From the human T2T-CHM13v2.0 reference genome, Homo sapiens: a stretch of DNA of 64,000 nucleotides. Position 1 is the stretch's first letter, and every line of letters starts with the position of its first letter. Below the pieces are notes generated by a model. The model was not told where the DNA came from. It searched no databases and saw nothing but the letters and a program-made list of their open reading frames with translations. The DNA is taken from the NCBI RefSeq assembly GCF_009914755.1, contig NC_060926.1, one strand, 5' to 3'. Shown here in pieces: positions 28,921 through 42,861 of the stretch. The position numbers and the translations under genes are program-made.

Positions 28921-30272
28921 TATTTTTTAAAATTAATTTTTAGTTTTTAAGGGGTACATAGGAGGTGTATGTATTAATGTGGTACATGATACATTTTGAT
29001 ACAAGCATACCATGTGTAATAATCACATCAGGATAAATGGGGTATCCATAATCTCAAGCCTTTATCATTGATTTGTATTATAAACATTCCATTCATACTC
29101 TTTTAGTTATTATTAAAGGTACAACAAATTATTGTTGATTGTAGTCACACTGTTGTGCTAGCAAATACTAGCTCTTATTCTAACTATATTTTTATACCCA
29201 TTAACCATTCCTGCTTCTTCCCACCCCTATCCTTCTCAGCCTCTGGTAACCATCATTCTACTCTCTATCCCCATGAATTCAGTTAATTTATAGATCCCAA
29301 AAATGAGTGAGAACATGTGATGTTTGTCTTTCTGAACTGGCTTATTTCACTTAACGTAATGACCTCCAGTTCCATCCATGGTGTTGCAAATGCCACCTTA
29401 TTGCTTTTTATGGCTGAATAGTATTCCATTGTGTATATATACCACATTTTCTTTATCCATTCATTTACTGAAATTCACTTAAGTTGCTTCCAAATCTTGG
29501 CTGTTGTGACTAGTGCTGCAATAAATACAGGACAGCAGACATCTCCTTGATATACTGATTTCTTTTCTTTGGGGTATATACCTAGCAGTGGGATTGCTGG
29601 ATCATATGGTAGTTCTATTTTTAGTTTTTTGTGGACCTCTATACTGTTCTCCATAGTGGTTGTACTAATTACATTCCCACCAACAGTGTACGAGGGTTCC
29701 CTTCTCTCCACATCCTCTCCAGCATTCGTTATTGTCTGTCTTTTGGACAAAAGTCATTTTAACTGAGGTGAGATGATATATTATTGTAGTTTTGATTCAC
29801 ATTTCTCTGATGAGCAATGCTGTTGAGCACCTTTTCTTTTGAAAGATGTCTATTCAGATTTTTTGCCCATTTTCAATTGGATTATTAGATTTTTTTCCTA
29901 TAGATTTGTTTGAACCCCTTATTTGTCCTGGTTGTTAATCCCTTGTCAGATGAATAGTTTGAAAATATTTTCTCCCATTGTGTGGGCTGTCTCTTCACTT
30001 CGTTGATTGTTTACTCTGCTGTATAGATGTTTTTTAATTTGATGTGATGTCATTTGCTCATTTTTGCTTTGGTTGCCTGTGCTTTTGGGGTATTACTCAA
30101 GAAATTTTTGCCAGACCACTGTCCTGGAGAGCTTCCCTAGTGTTTTGTTACAGTAGTCTCATAGTTTGAGGTCTCAGATTTAAATCTTTAATCCATTTTG
30201 ATTTGATTTTTGTATGTGGCAAGAGATAGGAGTGTAGTTTCATTATTTTGCATATGGATGTCCAGTTTTCCC
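28921..30272 (-). mobile_element. L1MA (about MA2-4), 5'-truncated 3' end
   Basis: T-rich tail, then ggggtacataggaggtgtat...aatcacatcagg (3'UTR); ORF 29475-29750 ([21 protein letters not shown]). Confidence 0.9.
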
Positions 30273-31073
30273 CAAGAAGAGCTTCTAAACAATGAAAATA
30301 GTTTGAAGAAAATACGAAACATATGTTTTAGTAATCATGATTTCTAAAAATCTCATGGTAAAGGCCAAAAACTTTTATTTTCTGGAAAAATAATAAAAGA
30401 TATGGCAAATCAATTTTGAAAAGACAATGTCTATTTAGTATAAGGTCCAGGAAGGGAAAGCTGTGGAAATGGATGGGAAGAAGCTATTAAAGAAATAATA
30501 GATGAAAAATTTCTGAGCTAAGAAAAGGACCAGAAAGTATTCAGATGAAGAGGATCTGCTGAATGCTGAACAAAATAAAATAACAATAGTTAATGTTATT
30601 GCATTCTTTATATGTGTTGCAATCTTTATAACAATTGCACAACATATTGAATTATTTAATCTTCAATCAACCCTGAGAGCTGAACATTCTCATTATTTTA
30701 TGATCAAATAAAGCAAAGAGAGGTTTGCTTTGTAACTCACACAAGGTCCCACAATTAGTAAGTGGCACATTCAGCATTAGAACAGAGAGTGTAGCATGAA
30801 AAACCATCCTTTCAGTCACAAACGGACTAAAAATATAGTCACAAATTAACTGGAGAGATAAAATACCCAAGTTTAGATAGATCATTGTGCGTGTCAAGGA
30901 TAAAGAAATGACACTTACTGGTTTGCAGTGAGAATACAGTTGCGTATGAAAGGCTAAAATCTGAGTTACTATATTAGTTTTCTTATCTACATACTTGATG
31001 TTGATAAGAAATTTTGAGTAAAAATAATTTTGATCCCAAAAAATTACCATATGGTCCACAAAACCATCAATAA

Positions 31074-31411
<338 letters not shown>

Positions 31412-32479
31412 TCAAACCCGTAAAGTTTTAAAAAGTTTATTCCCTATGTACTCCTTTCTTAAAAGCAACAAAAACAAACCTTAAGAAACTACTATAGCAA
31501 TATGAAAAATGCATCCAAGAACGACGTGGGATTTAATAAATAGTAGAAATGATCTTGGATTTCAATAAACATCCGGGATTATAGTTGTTCAGTAAAACCA
31601 GAAAGCATTGGTTTAAATTAGAATGAGGAGTATCTTCAGGAATGAAATGAATTCTAATTACTGGAAAGGAAGAAAGACTTAATGTCTCTTCTAACAAAAA
31701 TAGGAAAGAATGACAGTAAAAAAATGTTATAAAAAGTGGCAGTGTGGTGAAATCATGGTCTTTGCATAAAGCAAACCAAAATTTTCAACTATTTTGAGCA
31801 ATATTTTTGGAGCACTAAGATAATCCATTTGCTTTTGATGCTTGGAGCATTCTTCAAGTGGTGCAGATTTCTAAGACGAGATTACATTTCTTTTCCTACA
31901 GATCCAATCATACTACTTGGTTTTACAATTAATAATCTTTACACAATCATATTATACATCCTAATAAATGTGATTCAATGTTTAGAATAAAACTAAAGAT
32001 ACAAAGAAGACTTTGATATATTTACAGGGGAGAATATAAATGTTACAGAACTTGGCAGTATAAAATATTGACGCAGCTGACACAGTGAGGAGGTAAGGAG
32101 GGGAAGGTATAGAGGTGTGGGTGTGTGATTTTTCTCATCTTACAATGTGGAAATTCAACCGATACAAAGTCAAGATAGTGGGTTCAGAAATAGAGGGTTA
32201 AGAAAAGTATTAAACGTTAAAGTATAAATATGAAAAACATTAAAAGTAAGGTAAGTTGGAGAAAGAAAAAAAGGGTGAAGGGAGAGGGTGGTAGGATAAG
32301 TATACACAATTTATCACATTTTAGAGATAAGAATTGATAGTATGTAGTGGTTAAAAATCAAGAAGACCTAATAACAGCAGAATTAAAAGTGATTAAGGGT
32401 GAAGAAAGAGGGAGGAACTGGGGGTCAAGAAAGGAAGAATTTGACTTATTTGATCCTCTTCTATGAATATACCTGTGCT

Positions 32480-32605
32480 ATATTTTTCTGTTAATGCAGG
32501 TATTACATTTTTGACTAAATATCTTAACAGATATTTTTCTGTTAATGCAGGTATTATATTTTTCTGTTAATGCAGGTATTATGTTTTTGCCTAATATCTT
32601 AACAG
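32480..32605. repeat. Short tandem duplication, three copies of atatttttctgttaatgcaggtatta
   Basis: Copies start at 32480, 32531 and 32556; the first and third are followed by ttttg(a/c)cta(a)atatcttaacag. Confidence 0.9.
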
Positions 32606-34202
32606 GCATATTAGCACAGGATGCAAGAGTTAATAATTTTATGAAGGCCAGCTTGATTACATCACTCATTCTTCTTGGCATAGAGATATTGTCCAATACT
32701 GCTTTTATTTGATATTCAACTCTTGAGAATTACTGTTGTCTTTGGGTTTCACATATTTTCAATAATGATTTTATTTAATACTCATGCAGTGGGTAAAATT
32801 AATACCAGTTAATTTTACTGGTAGAAGATTTTAAATTTAAAAAGAAAAAATGAAACATAATCTGGATTTTTGTATGAATCCATGTTAAGCTTTGCCATCA
32901 GTACCAGACTGGTCCCTCTACCATTTCCACTGCTTCCCTTTCAGTCAGGATTGCATTTGCTCTACTGCCTTTTAGACTATCCTAGAAAATTGAGGAGATT
33001 CTAAGTCATCCCATTCATGACGATTACTAAGGTTTTTGTCAGTCTACATAAAACTTAGTCGTGTGCCACAGATAACTTTAAAAAACCCAATGTATGCAAA
33101 GATTTTGTTTTGTTTGTTGTTCATATGTATTCTTTCTGTTTTGTTTCTGAAATATTTCAATATGTAAGACCAACTATTGGCATCAGGTCTATATCACTAA
33201 ACATAAATATTAAATGTTGTACTTGAAAAAAACTTTGTGAGAGTGTTAATTTGTAGTAGTCTTAGAAACAACATGTAATAAATGCTACCCTATATGCATT
33301 AGGAACTATGGATGAATGTTTGCTAAAGAGAGGATTATTCATATTTTTTTAAAAAGGAAATGGCTCAGTTGTCATCCTAAATACTTTATTTTCCATCCAT
33401 GTTTACACCATGATGTTATGCCATTAACTGCTCTAGCAAACATAAAAAATTAGGTAGCCATGGATTGTAGTTATTCATTCTTCAATAAAATGAATTATTT
33501 TTCAGATATGATTGCTATAATGCTTACTTGTGAACTCTATCTATGCTAAGTAAAACAGAAGAATCATGTTTTCAATGATGGCTGTAGAGTGATACAGAAT
33601 AAAACATCTCAGTACAGGAGTAAAAGACACAGAATCCAGAGTTGAAAGCTGGCACATGGACAATGCTATTCACTGCGAGTCTTACCAAAAACATCCCATA
33701 GGTTCTGGTTCTGTAGTTTACTGACAAAAATGACTATTTCATTCACTTAGAGTGAGGCTCCAGAGCCACCGAAAAAGTGTATGTCAGTTTTGCTAAGGCG
33801 TGGCCAAGACACAACCAGAGAATCCCTTTTAAATAAAGTATTTCCAACAAATTTCATCTCTTTGTGCAAATTTTCTGCCAAAAACACTGGGAAGTTATGG
33901 CCCTTATCCAGAGATTGTAAAGCATTAAAACAAATGTTCCAGGGTCCAACTTCTGCAGCATTTGCATCCCACCAAGTCACCTCTAATGTCATATCCTTCA
34001 TCTGATGTTTCTGACACATGAATTACTTATTCTGACAAATTTCTCACCTTGTTTGTCTTAACAAGTGGGATAAATAGAAAACTAAAAGAAGCAGAGAAGA
34101 GAACATAGAGAAAATCAGCCTAACAGTTGTTTGTGGCAGTTTAGCACAGAGCAAAGCCATTACTTTCAATGTCACAGAAATATATATATTAAAAATATTA
34201 CG

Positions 34203-34490
34203 GGCCGGGCACAGTGGCTCACGCCTGTAATCCCAGCACTTTGGGAGGCTGAGGCAGGCAGATCACCTGAGGTCAGGAGATTGAGACCAGCCTGGCGAAC
34301 GTGCTGAGACCCCGTCTCTACTTAAAATACAAAAATTAGCCTGGCACGGTGACAGGCACCTGTAGTCCCAACTACTCAGGAGGCTGAGGCAGGAGAATCT
34401 TTTGAACCCAGGAGGTAAAGGTTGCAGTGAGCTGAGATCACGTCACTGCCCTCCAGCCTGGGCAACAGAGTGAGACCCTGTCTCAAAAAA
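34203..34490 (+). mobile_element. AluS (Sx-like)
   Basis: ggccgggcacagtggctcacgcctgtaatcccagc...gatcacctgaggtcaggag; residual TSD atattac (34195-34201 and 34628-34634). Confidence 0.92.
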
Positions 34491-34562
34491 TATATATATA
34501 TGTGTGTATATATATATATGTGTATGTGTATATATATATATACATATGTGTGTGTGTGTGTG

Positions 34563-34607
<45 letters not shown>

Positions 34608-34630
34608 GTGTGTGTGTGTATATATATATA
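34490..34630. repeat. Compound (TA)n/(TG)n microsatellite derived from the Alu tail
   Basis: Alternating tata and tgtg blocks lying between the Alu end and its downstream TSD. Confidence 0.95.
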
Positions 34631-35699
34631 TTACCAGCAGCAATGGAGTTTAGATATATAGTAAAAAGATGCATTGGGTTATAGATGTGGGGAATTCTCA
34701 CAGCCCCACAGACAATGGGAATAGAAAAAATATTATGTAGAAATGGGCACTGCAATGAAGAGAATTTTAATATTCAGAGAATTTAATGTATTTAGCTTTC
34801 AGTATATTAATATAATAAAGCAAAATTATTTGGGTCAACAGAGGAGGTGAAAATGATATTATTAGAGCATTAGAGCTTGATTCCTTTGAATATGTTGAAT
34901 GTAACAATGAGTGCCATGATGAATCCTAAATTTGTTTATCTTTAGTTAAGTGAAAGTCTGTTTAAAATGCTTTTATCCTTAATGTATGAGCAGATGTCAT
35001 TTTATTTCCAATAAATGGTTGGTGGTCTACAGGAAACATCTAGAAATATCTACAAATTCTCTCCTCCTACTCCACAATTTTAAAATAGCAGCCTCTTATT
35101 GTGTAAACTCTGGATTTAGAACATAAATACAAATGCTCCTGTGAGGTTTAGAACACACAGTTGTGAATATAACTGTTGGCTGAGGAAGCCCCATGATGGA
35201 ACAGATTGATCTGGCAGCTGTGGGGAAGAGTGTCCACTCTGTGTGTGAAGTTAAGTACAGAGAGAAAAGGAAACTCATCATCTGCAAGGGGAGGGGATAG
35301 GCCCCAGTGGGCACTACAAGTAAAAGATCAGAGAAATTAGGGAGAGAGGAAATGAAAAGTTAAGCAGGTAAAATGGACGTCTGACAAATTCCTCTGCATT
35401 TCATATTTGGTAAGCATGCTAAATAAACTTCAGTAAGCATACTAAATACAATGGGAAACATAAATTCAGGAGCACTGGTTCTGATTTCATGCAGTGTAAG
35501 TCTGTGTCTCAAAAAGTGCCTCATTTATTTAAACAACAGCATACCAGTTTCTGAGCTGTCCTTTGTTGATCTTTTTCAGATGATTAAAATTACATTATTA
35601 ATTTATTATTTATGTTCTCAGTCTTTTGACCTATTGACAAAGCCTTCACTTTGTTTCTACTCTATTCTACAGAGAATACCAGCTCTGTGCAAGACAAAG

Positions 35700-36060
35700 A
35701 ACTGGTCATATTGTAGGTTCTAGGAAGTACAGCAAAGAACGTAGTCTTTGTGTAAAGAGAAAACCTGGGAATAAAAAAGTTAACCGTATAAAAGAAATTA
35801 TGCTAATACTAAGTGACATACAGACTCTACAGCGTCTACAATAGGGAAACACTGATAATGGCCTACAGAGGTCTGGGAAGAATTCAGCTGACTCACAATC
35901 TGAAGTCGGTCTTGGAGGATGGTCAGATTTGGATCAATGAAGGTGTTGAGAGATGGCATCAGAAGCAAAGGTGGTAGCATAAACAAAAGCCTAAAGGCAG
36001 AGATACATAACGAATGAGCATCAGACAGTGATGGAGCCAATCTGACTGGAGTGGAAGGAT
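35700..36060 (-). mobile_element. L2 fragment
   Basis: tctgaagtcggtcttggaggatggtcagatttgg...ggtagcataaacaaaagcctaaaggcag resembles antisense L2. Confidence 0.5.
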
Positions 36061-36457
36061 CATTAATATGAGAAAATCATTAATATGAGATAATCTGATA
36101 AATGTAATTTTAGAAGGGATGGTGGAAAATAACATCTCCAATTTCAGACTATCTAGCAGGGGATTTTGTCTAGATTTTGTGCTCAGTCACATGAGAAATC
36201 ATGATCATGGGTATTCTAACCTCTGTGTTTCATCTGGCTTTTACCATCTGTCTATCCTTTTTAGTCAGATGGTATAACAGCCACCCTTACTATACAATAT
36301 AAAAAAAAAGTCAATGAATTAGTAGTTCTGTATAAACTATCAACCATATGGTCCAAGTATCTTGGTTTAGGGGATATGTATTTGATTAAGTGTTTAAGAA
36401 TGACATCGGACAAAGTAGCAAACATAGCAGAATGGCAGGGGATACTGGCCATGGTGA

Positions 36458-37320
36458 TGAAACAGGAAAGGTTCCCTTGTCCCCTTTGTAGGGTGTGTGA
36501 CAGGAGAAGTGTCTCACTTCTTCAGTGCCCCACTTCTCAAACCTCTATGGAACCATACAGACAGGCAGGTTGTGGGGCTCCGACTCCACAGCAGTGACAA
36601 GGGGTGAATGTTTACAGCTCATGAGGCTCCCGTGGGAGGGTGTTATAGGGTGCTCTTTTAGTTTTGCCCTTTCAGTTTTGTTGTCTATAGGTGGCTTGTG
36701 TTAACCAGCTCAATTAGACCGTCTACTTTGTCGCAAGGACAGAGGGCTTTCTGTATCCAGGGTTCTTGCCTTGGCGTACGTACCAGAAGAATCAGATCAA
36801 ACGTGGGCTTGGAGAATGAGGGCAAGGTTTTATTGAGTGGAAGTAGCTCTCAGCAGATGGGGGAGCCAGAAGGGAGATGGTTTTGCCCTGGAGTTGGGCC
36901 GCTTGGTGGTCCAGGCTTTCCCCCAACTGACCCAGCCAAACTCCATGTCATTCTGCCAGTTGGTGGCCTGCTGGCTATGCTGGTGCCTGTTGGTGCATTC
37001 CTCTCAACGTCCAGCCACCTGTGTGTTCCTCCGCTGATGTGCCCCTCTCGATGTCCAGCTGCTTCTTTGTCTCTGCCTTGCTAGGGTCTCAGGTTTTTAT
37101 AGGCACAGGATGAGGACATGACAGGCCAGGGTGGTCTTGGGAAATGCAACATTTGGGCGGGAAATGCAACATTTGTGCAGGAAATGCCTGTTCTCACCTA
37201 GGTCCGTGGGGGTGGAGCCCTAGCCAGGGACCATGTCCTCCTCTACCCAGCACTTCCCTTCTGCCTCTTCTGTATCATTTAAAGGGAACACACTCTTCCC
37301 TTCCCAACACTTCCGTATCA
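36458..37320 (-). mobile_element. ERV1 solo LTR (LTR1/LTR27/MER52 group)
   Basis: TG...CA termini (tgaaacaggaaagg ... ttccgtatca); perfect 4-bp TSD gtga (36454-36457 and 37321-37324); antisense TATA box (tttttatagg) and poly(A) signal (ttttattg). Confidence 0.85.
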
Positions 37321-38087
37321 GTGAGAGCTGAGTCCAACTGCTTAAAGCATCTAAATAATGATGATTAATTGTGGCCCACCAACAATTTACTTCTTTTAAC
37401 TTTTACGTCTGTGATTGTTCCGAAGTTCAGGCTGTTGTGCATAGGCCCCAAAGAGTCCAGACTACCTTGCTTCTACAAAATCCAGGGAATATTCAGAATT
37501 AATCTAAAGTATCTTCTCTCTTTAATTATTGCACAACCTTAACTCAATATCCACAATCTTCAGATAACTAGACTTTGTCTTACTATACTTTTGAAAAAAG
37601 GCAAGCCATATTAAAATGAGCATATGCTATTTATTTGTTGAATTGTAACAATTGATATATCTTGGGCTCAGCACATTACACACCTCATTCTCTTGTACTT
37701 GCCTTATCTAGAGTACTGATAATTGAAATTGATTACCAGAATGATCACTCCAAGAACCTTTAGTATTCTTTTTTATATCAAAGAACTGTTCAATCCTCAT
37801 ATTTATCATGGAATGACTGGAGACTCAGAGACTTGGAATGGTTCTCAACAACATATGATTATCTTGGATAGTTCACCTTTCAAGATTTTACCACTTTTTC
37901 CTGTGGGAATGATTTCTTTAGCTACATTCTAGATCTGGCTTTGTTCCTGAGCCCCAATTCCACGTTTACACCTGCCTGCTGCTATTTCTATGCTTTCCTT
38001 TGAACCAAGAGAATGAATAAGAATTTGTCTGCTCTCACAGGATTCATATTTTGGCTGAGAAATATTATATATGTAAACAAATAGGCA

Positions 38088-38449
38088 TGAAAGAGACTGA
38101 ATGTTTATGTCTACACAAAATGTATGTGTTGAAATCTTAACCTCCAAGGCGATGGCATTAGATGGGGCCTCTGGGAGATGATTTGGTCATAGGGGTGGAG
38201 CCCTCATGAATGGAATTTGTACCCTTGTAAAAGAGACCCCAGAGAGATCCTACATCCCTTCTGCTATGTGAGGACACAGCAAGAAGTCAGCAGCCTGTAA
38301 CCCAGAAAAGGTCCTCACTAAAACTCAACTGTGCTAGCACCCTGATCTTGGACTTCCCAGTTTCCAGAACTGTGAAAAATAAATTTCAGTTGCTTATAAG
38401 CCACACAGTCTGTGGTATTTTGTTATAGCAGCCCAAATGAACTAACACA
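38088..38449 (+). mobile_element. MLT1A/A0-like solo LTR
   Basis: gactgaatgtttatgtc...ggtggagccctcatgaatgg...ctgatcttggacttcccag...aataaatttc...ggtattttgttatagcagccc. Confidence 0.85.
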
Positions 38450-39436
38450 AGGAATCTGCCGTATTATCATATGGCACCGAATGTTTTGGGTGGTGCTAAT
38501 TTTGACAGGGTTTTTAGAGAAGGCCTCTTAGATAAAGTGTCAAGTTATGAATATAATGAGGGAGAAAGGCAAAGGAATATCTAGTCAAAATGTTTTTCAG
38601 TCCAAGGAAACTATATGTCATGAGACCCTGAAATGAGATCTGCTTTGTGAGTTTGGCTAACAACAAAGAGGCCAGTGGGAAATAAAACTAGTATTTGGTT
38701 ACTACTGCCTCTAATAAATATGATGGGAACTTGGTTTGGGCCTTTCTTCTGCCTTCTCAAGGCTGCTACTCTAATTAAGGTCTCAGAACTCCATCTTTGC
38801 ACCATCACGGGAATGTTGTTTTTTTTTTTTTTGTTTTGTTTTTGCAGGTTGCCTAGTCTTCCAGCTCAGTTGCTTCTAAGCCATCTATTAAACACCATTA
38901 CCTCAATCTTTCAAAGTATTGTTTCCTTAAACGGCTCTGTTCCAACGTTTCTACGCGTCCTAATGCTAACTCCTAACGCAGGCTTCATGAAGATTTTTCA
39001 TTAACCCAGCCCATGCTGAGGGATCTCTTTTCTGAATTTTTGTGGAAATACTGGTTTCCACCCCACACACTTTAATACAATGAACATTTTTCATATGCAT
39101 CCATATTCTCTTCTCACATTGTGACTTCCTTGATGCAGCAACACATTTGTTTTACTTTACCCATTTAGAAAAAGAAAAGCAGATTCAGATTATTATTTAT
39201 GGTATTCAGCATACTACTAGTTACTCTAAGATTACCATAATCTATAGAAGACTCACCTGTTTATCCTTAATTAAATATAAACATGATTCGTCGCAACTAC
39301 CTATCTTCTCAGTAGTGCATTCTTTTCTCTGAAAATCTCCTATTGGTAGGAACAGAAGAATGTTAAAATTCCTTTGAAAAAATAGCTTTTGAAACAGTCA
39401 TATTATATACTTATTATAACTAAAGATATTATAATA

Positions 39437-40310
39437 TAGTTATAGCCTAGAACAACATGGGGATTAAGGGAATAATCCCCCCACCCCCAACACACACACA
39501 CAGTTGAAAATCCATAAATAAATTTTGACTTTTCAAAAACTTAACTACTGTGATGGTTAATATTGAGTGTCAACTTGATGGATTGAAGGATGCAAAGTAT
39601 TGCTCCTGGGTGTGTCTGTGAGGGTGTTGCCAAAGGAGATTAACATTTGAGTCAGTGGACTGGGAAAGGCACTACTGAGTGGGTACAATCTAATCAGCTG
39701 CCAGCATGACCAGAATAAAAGCAGGCAGAAGAACATGGCAAAACTAGACTGGTTTAGTCTTCTGGCCTACATCTTCCTCTCATGCTGGATGCTTCCTGCC
39801 CTCAAACATCAGACTCCAAGTTCTTCAGCTTCAGGACTCGGACTGGCTTCTTTGCTTCTCAGCTTGCGGACAGCCTATTGTGGGACCTCACCTTGTGATC
39901 ATGTGAGTCAATACTCCTTAATAAACTCCCCTTTATGTATACATCTATCCTATTACTTTGGTCCCTGTAGAGAACTCTGACTAATACAACTACTGTTAAA
40001 CAGAAGCCTTACCAATAACATAGTCAATTAACACATATCTTGTATGCTGTATGTGTTATATACTGTTTTCTTACAATAAAGTAAGCTAGAGAAAAGAAAA
40101 TGTGAAGGAAAGCATAATGAAGAGAAAATATATTTGTTATTCATTAAGTGGAAGTGGGTCATCCTAAGGGTCTTCATTATTATTTTCACATTTAGTAGGC
40201 TAAGGAGAAGAGAAGGGGTTGATTTTGCTCTCTCAGGGATGGCAGAAGTGGAAGAAAATCTGCATATAAACAGACCCTCCAAGTTCAAAACTTTGTTCAA
40301 GGGTCAACTC
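39437..40310 (+). mobile_element. Tigger2a-like DNA transposon, split by an MLT2A LTR
   Basis: Right TIR ttgttcaagggtcaact; degenerate left TIR tagttatagcctagaacaac; body ttcttacaataaagtaagctagagaaaagaaaatg. Strand assignment is nominal. Confidence 0.8.
39549..39988 (+). mobile_element. MLT2A solo LTR (HERV-L)
   Basis: tgtgatggttaatattgagtgtcaacttga...ctgactaataca; perfect 5-bp TSD actac (39544-39548 and 39989-39993). Confidence 0.93.

Positions 40311-40314
<4 letters not shown>

Positions 40315-40348
<34 letters not shown>
40315..40348. repeat. (TG)n microsatellite
   Basis: About 17 uninterrupted TG units. Confidence 0.95.
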
Positions 40349-40349
<1 letters not shown>

Positions 40350-42214
40350 ACTCTATACAATTATTTTTATTTTTAATCATATATAACAAATATGATTAAA
40401 ACACCTTTATATAAAGTAGATATTCATTTTAATACTTTCCCACATAAGATAACATCTAACATTTATTAAGCACTTGACAGTTGTCAAAACATACATATTT
40501 TATCATATGTGGGTCTCAAAGTACCCTATGAACTATTAGGCAGGGTGTTGTTTTGTCATCATCAGATAAATTAAATGACTTGCTAGAGATCACTCATCTA
40601 GTAGGTGACAGGACATATAATTTCTAAACCATTGCTTTTTCACTATAAACCAGAAATAATCTATGTTTCTTCTGAATATGCCATCATTCTGCCTTTCTCA
40701 TTGATACAGAAAGAGGGAAATTTGGAGAGAGAAAAATAGGGAAAGAAGGACAGAGGGAGAGGAAGAGAAGTAGAGGGAGAGAGAGAGTTAAATTTTTTAG
40801 CAGGTTTATTTCATATATTTTCAAACAGTGTTCTGTAGTAGACCAGATGTGCGCTAAAATTGAACTGAGCACAGAAAGCTCAGTTGCTGGCACATATAGG
40901 CCCTTAATAAGTGTTTGCTCATGAATGAAAGTGTTGCCATATTTTTCTAATTTGAGTGGATTTTTTAAGACACTCTATCTCTCTTTTTAATGACGGAGAT
41001 TTCACTCATCTTTTCTCACATTTGGTGGACTAAAAATAACCAGGCATAAGTTTTATTTTTTTACGACCCTCATATCCACTGAGGTTTTACGAGGGAACTC
41101 AGAAAATATGCTTTTGGTTACTGCCTGACTGCATCATGTCAAACCTTGTGGTTACATTCTAGAAATTAGCAATGTCATAGCGGAATTATCCATGCTCTCC
41201 TTGGCAGCAAGATACGGCCAGTGTCACATTAAAATAGCTAAGCATGATGGATGATAATAAAGGGGAGACTTGGGGGAAGCTGTTTATGGGTTGTTCTCAG
41301 AACTGCCTTAAGTAAAGAGAAAAGAATACTCTCACATTTTCATGGTGTATATGCCAAATGCACAGTCACCAATATTTGATAATTACATGAAGATTTCTAA
41401 ACACTCTAAGAACTTCTCCCATCCTTGGAGGTGCAGCACCCTGTTATGTCTTTGGGGAAGCTTTCCAGCAAAATCATTTCATATAGATTGCTGGTAAATA
41501 AGTTGAGATCCAAGACCAGTGTTTATTTGTTTTCTCCTTTGACCAACATATGTAGCTTTATTATTAGGATCCAACATATATGTTGATATAGCACTGATTT
41601 TTTACAGCTAGCTGGGAAATGGATTATAAAGAATATCTTATCTGCTCTTTACTTACATCAGCTTTGTGTAATATGATCAGTCCTGCATAGCCATCTCCAG
41701 TATTTCATGGGGTGTCGTACATTTTCACTCTGTAGCAGAAAAACAGGTAATTAGGTTTTTTACTTTTTGTGCATGTCTAAAAATTCTAAAAATAATGACT
41801 TTCAGGTTATGTACCACTAGCAACTAATAATCACTTGTAAAAGGTCTGATATTGTACCTCAGCCTCAGCCAATTTGGCAAGTCGTTAAAGTCCTAAAAAT
41901 ATCACTTCTGTTGGTCATTATGTTCCCTCTGGAGACTGTATGCCCTTAGTACATCCGCCATCAAAATAGAAGCACTTGAAATTCTCAGCTTATATGTGGG
42001 TCAATATTTTGGGATAGATTCACATTCCTATCACAATATCAGAAATTATCAGAGTCACAAAAGTTCATCTGAGCTCTTAATGAATATGTGATCATCTGTC
42101 TATTTACCTATCTCTCAACTGTCTACTGTCTCTCTGTTTTTCTCCATAACTGAAAGAAAGCTGGATTTCTGTTGTACAGAATTTTTAGGGATAGATCATA
42201 TGTTATTAAAGATC

Positions 42215-42610
42215 TTTTTTTAGTCTTCTCTAGCTGTCATAACAAAATACCACTGACTGGGTGGCTTAAACAACAGAAATTTATTTTCTCACAATTACAG
42301 AGGCTGGAAGTCAGAGAGCAGAATCCCAGCATGGTTGGATTTGCCTGAGAAATCTCTTTTGGTTTATGGATGGGCGCCTTCCTGTGTGTCCTCGCATGGG
42401 GGAGAGAGAGAGAGAAAGAAAGAGAATGAAAGCAAATTCTCTGTTGTCTCTTATTATAAGGACCTATCAGATCAATCATATACGGACCCTACCTTCTAGA
42501 CTCATTTAACTTTAGTTACTGACTTATGGGCCTTATCTCCAAATATAGTTACTTTGAGGATTAAGGTTTCCAGACATGAATTTTGAGAGTACACATTTCA
42601 GTCCATAACC
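42215..42610 (-). mobile_element. MLT1A-like solo LTR
   Basis: gctgtcataacaaaataccactgactgggtggcttaaacaacagaaatttattttctcacaatt...catttcagtccataac. Confidence 0.85.
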
Positions 42611-42861
42611 ATCCTGTAATGGTTTGACACTTTAAAGGGTTAGCTTATAAGTACGAGAAAAACATATACACAAATAACATTCTGAAGAAAATTAAATTTT
42701 CTTCTCACAGCAGAGATGGAGGGTAAATCTACTGGACAGTGGATAGCTCACCTTTATATTTATGACAATCACATTTCTGTTTATTACATCATCTAAAATA
42801 TAATTATTTTGTACACAATTGTGCAATTGGTCTATCAGTAACTTTTCTTTAAAATATTATT

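Noticed and set aside
30610-30647. Imperfect inverted repeat atatgtgttgcaat / attgcacaacatat
   Set aside because: Short, mismatched and AT-rich within a decayed LINE; likely chance.
32480-32605. Repeat-spacer-like pattern suggesting a CRISPR array
   Set aside because: Human DNA; the spacers are not unique, two copies abut, and there are no cas genes.
32797-32823. Overlapping small palindromes gtaaaattaa..ttaattttac and taccagt..actggta
   Set aside because: Arms of 10 bp or less in AT-rich DNA, with no supporting context.
34443-34755. Several overlapping ORFs rich in Y/I/H/T/C/V
   Set aside because: Artefacts of a stop-free dinucleotide microsatellite.
36698-37368. GC-richer segment with ORFs, a possible promoter or gene
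   Set aside because: It lies almost entirely within the ERV1 solo LTR bounded by the gtga TSD. The 20-bp duplication ggaaatgcaacatttg is LTR-internal.
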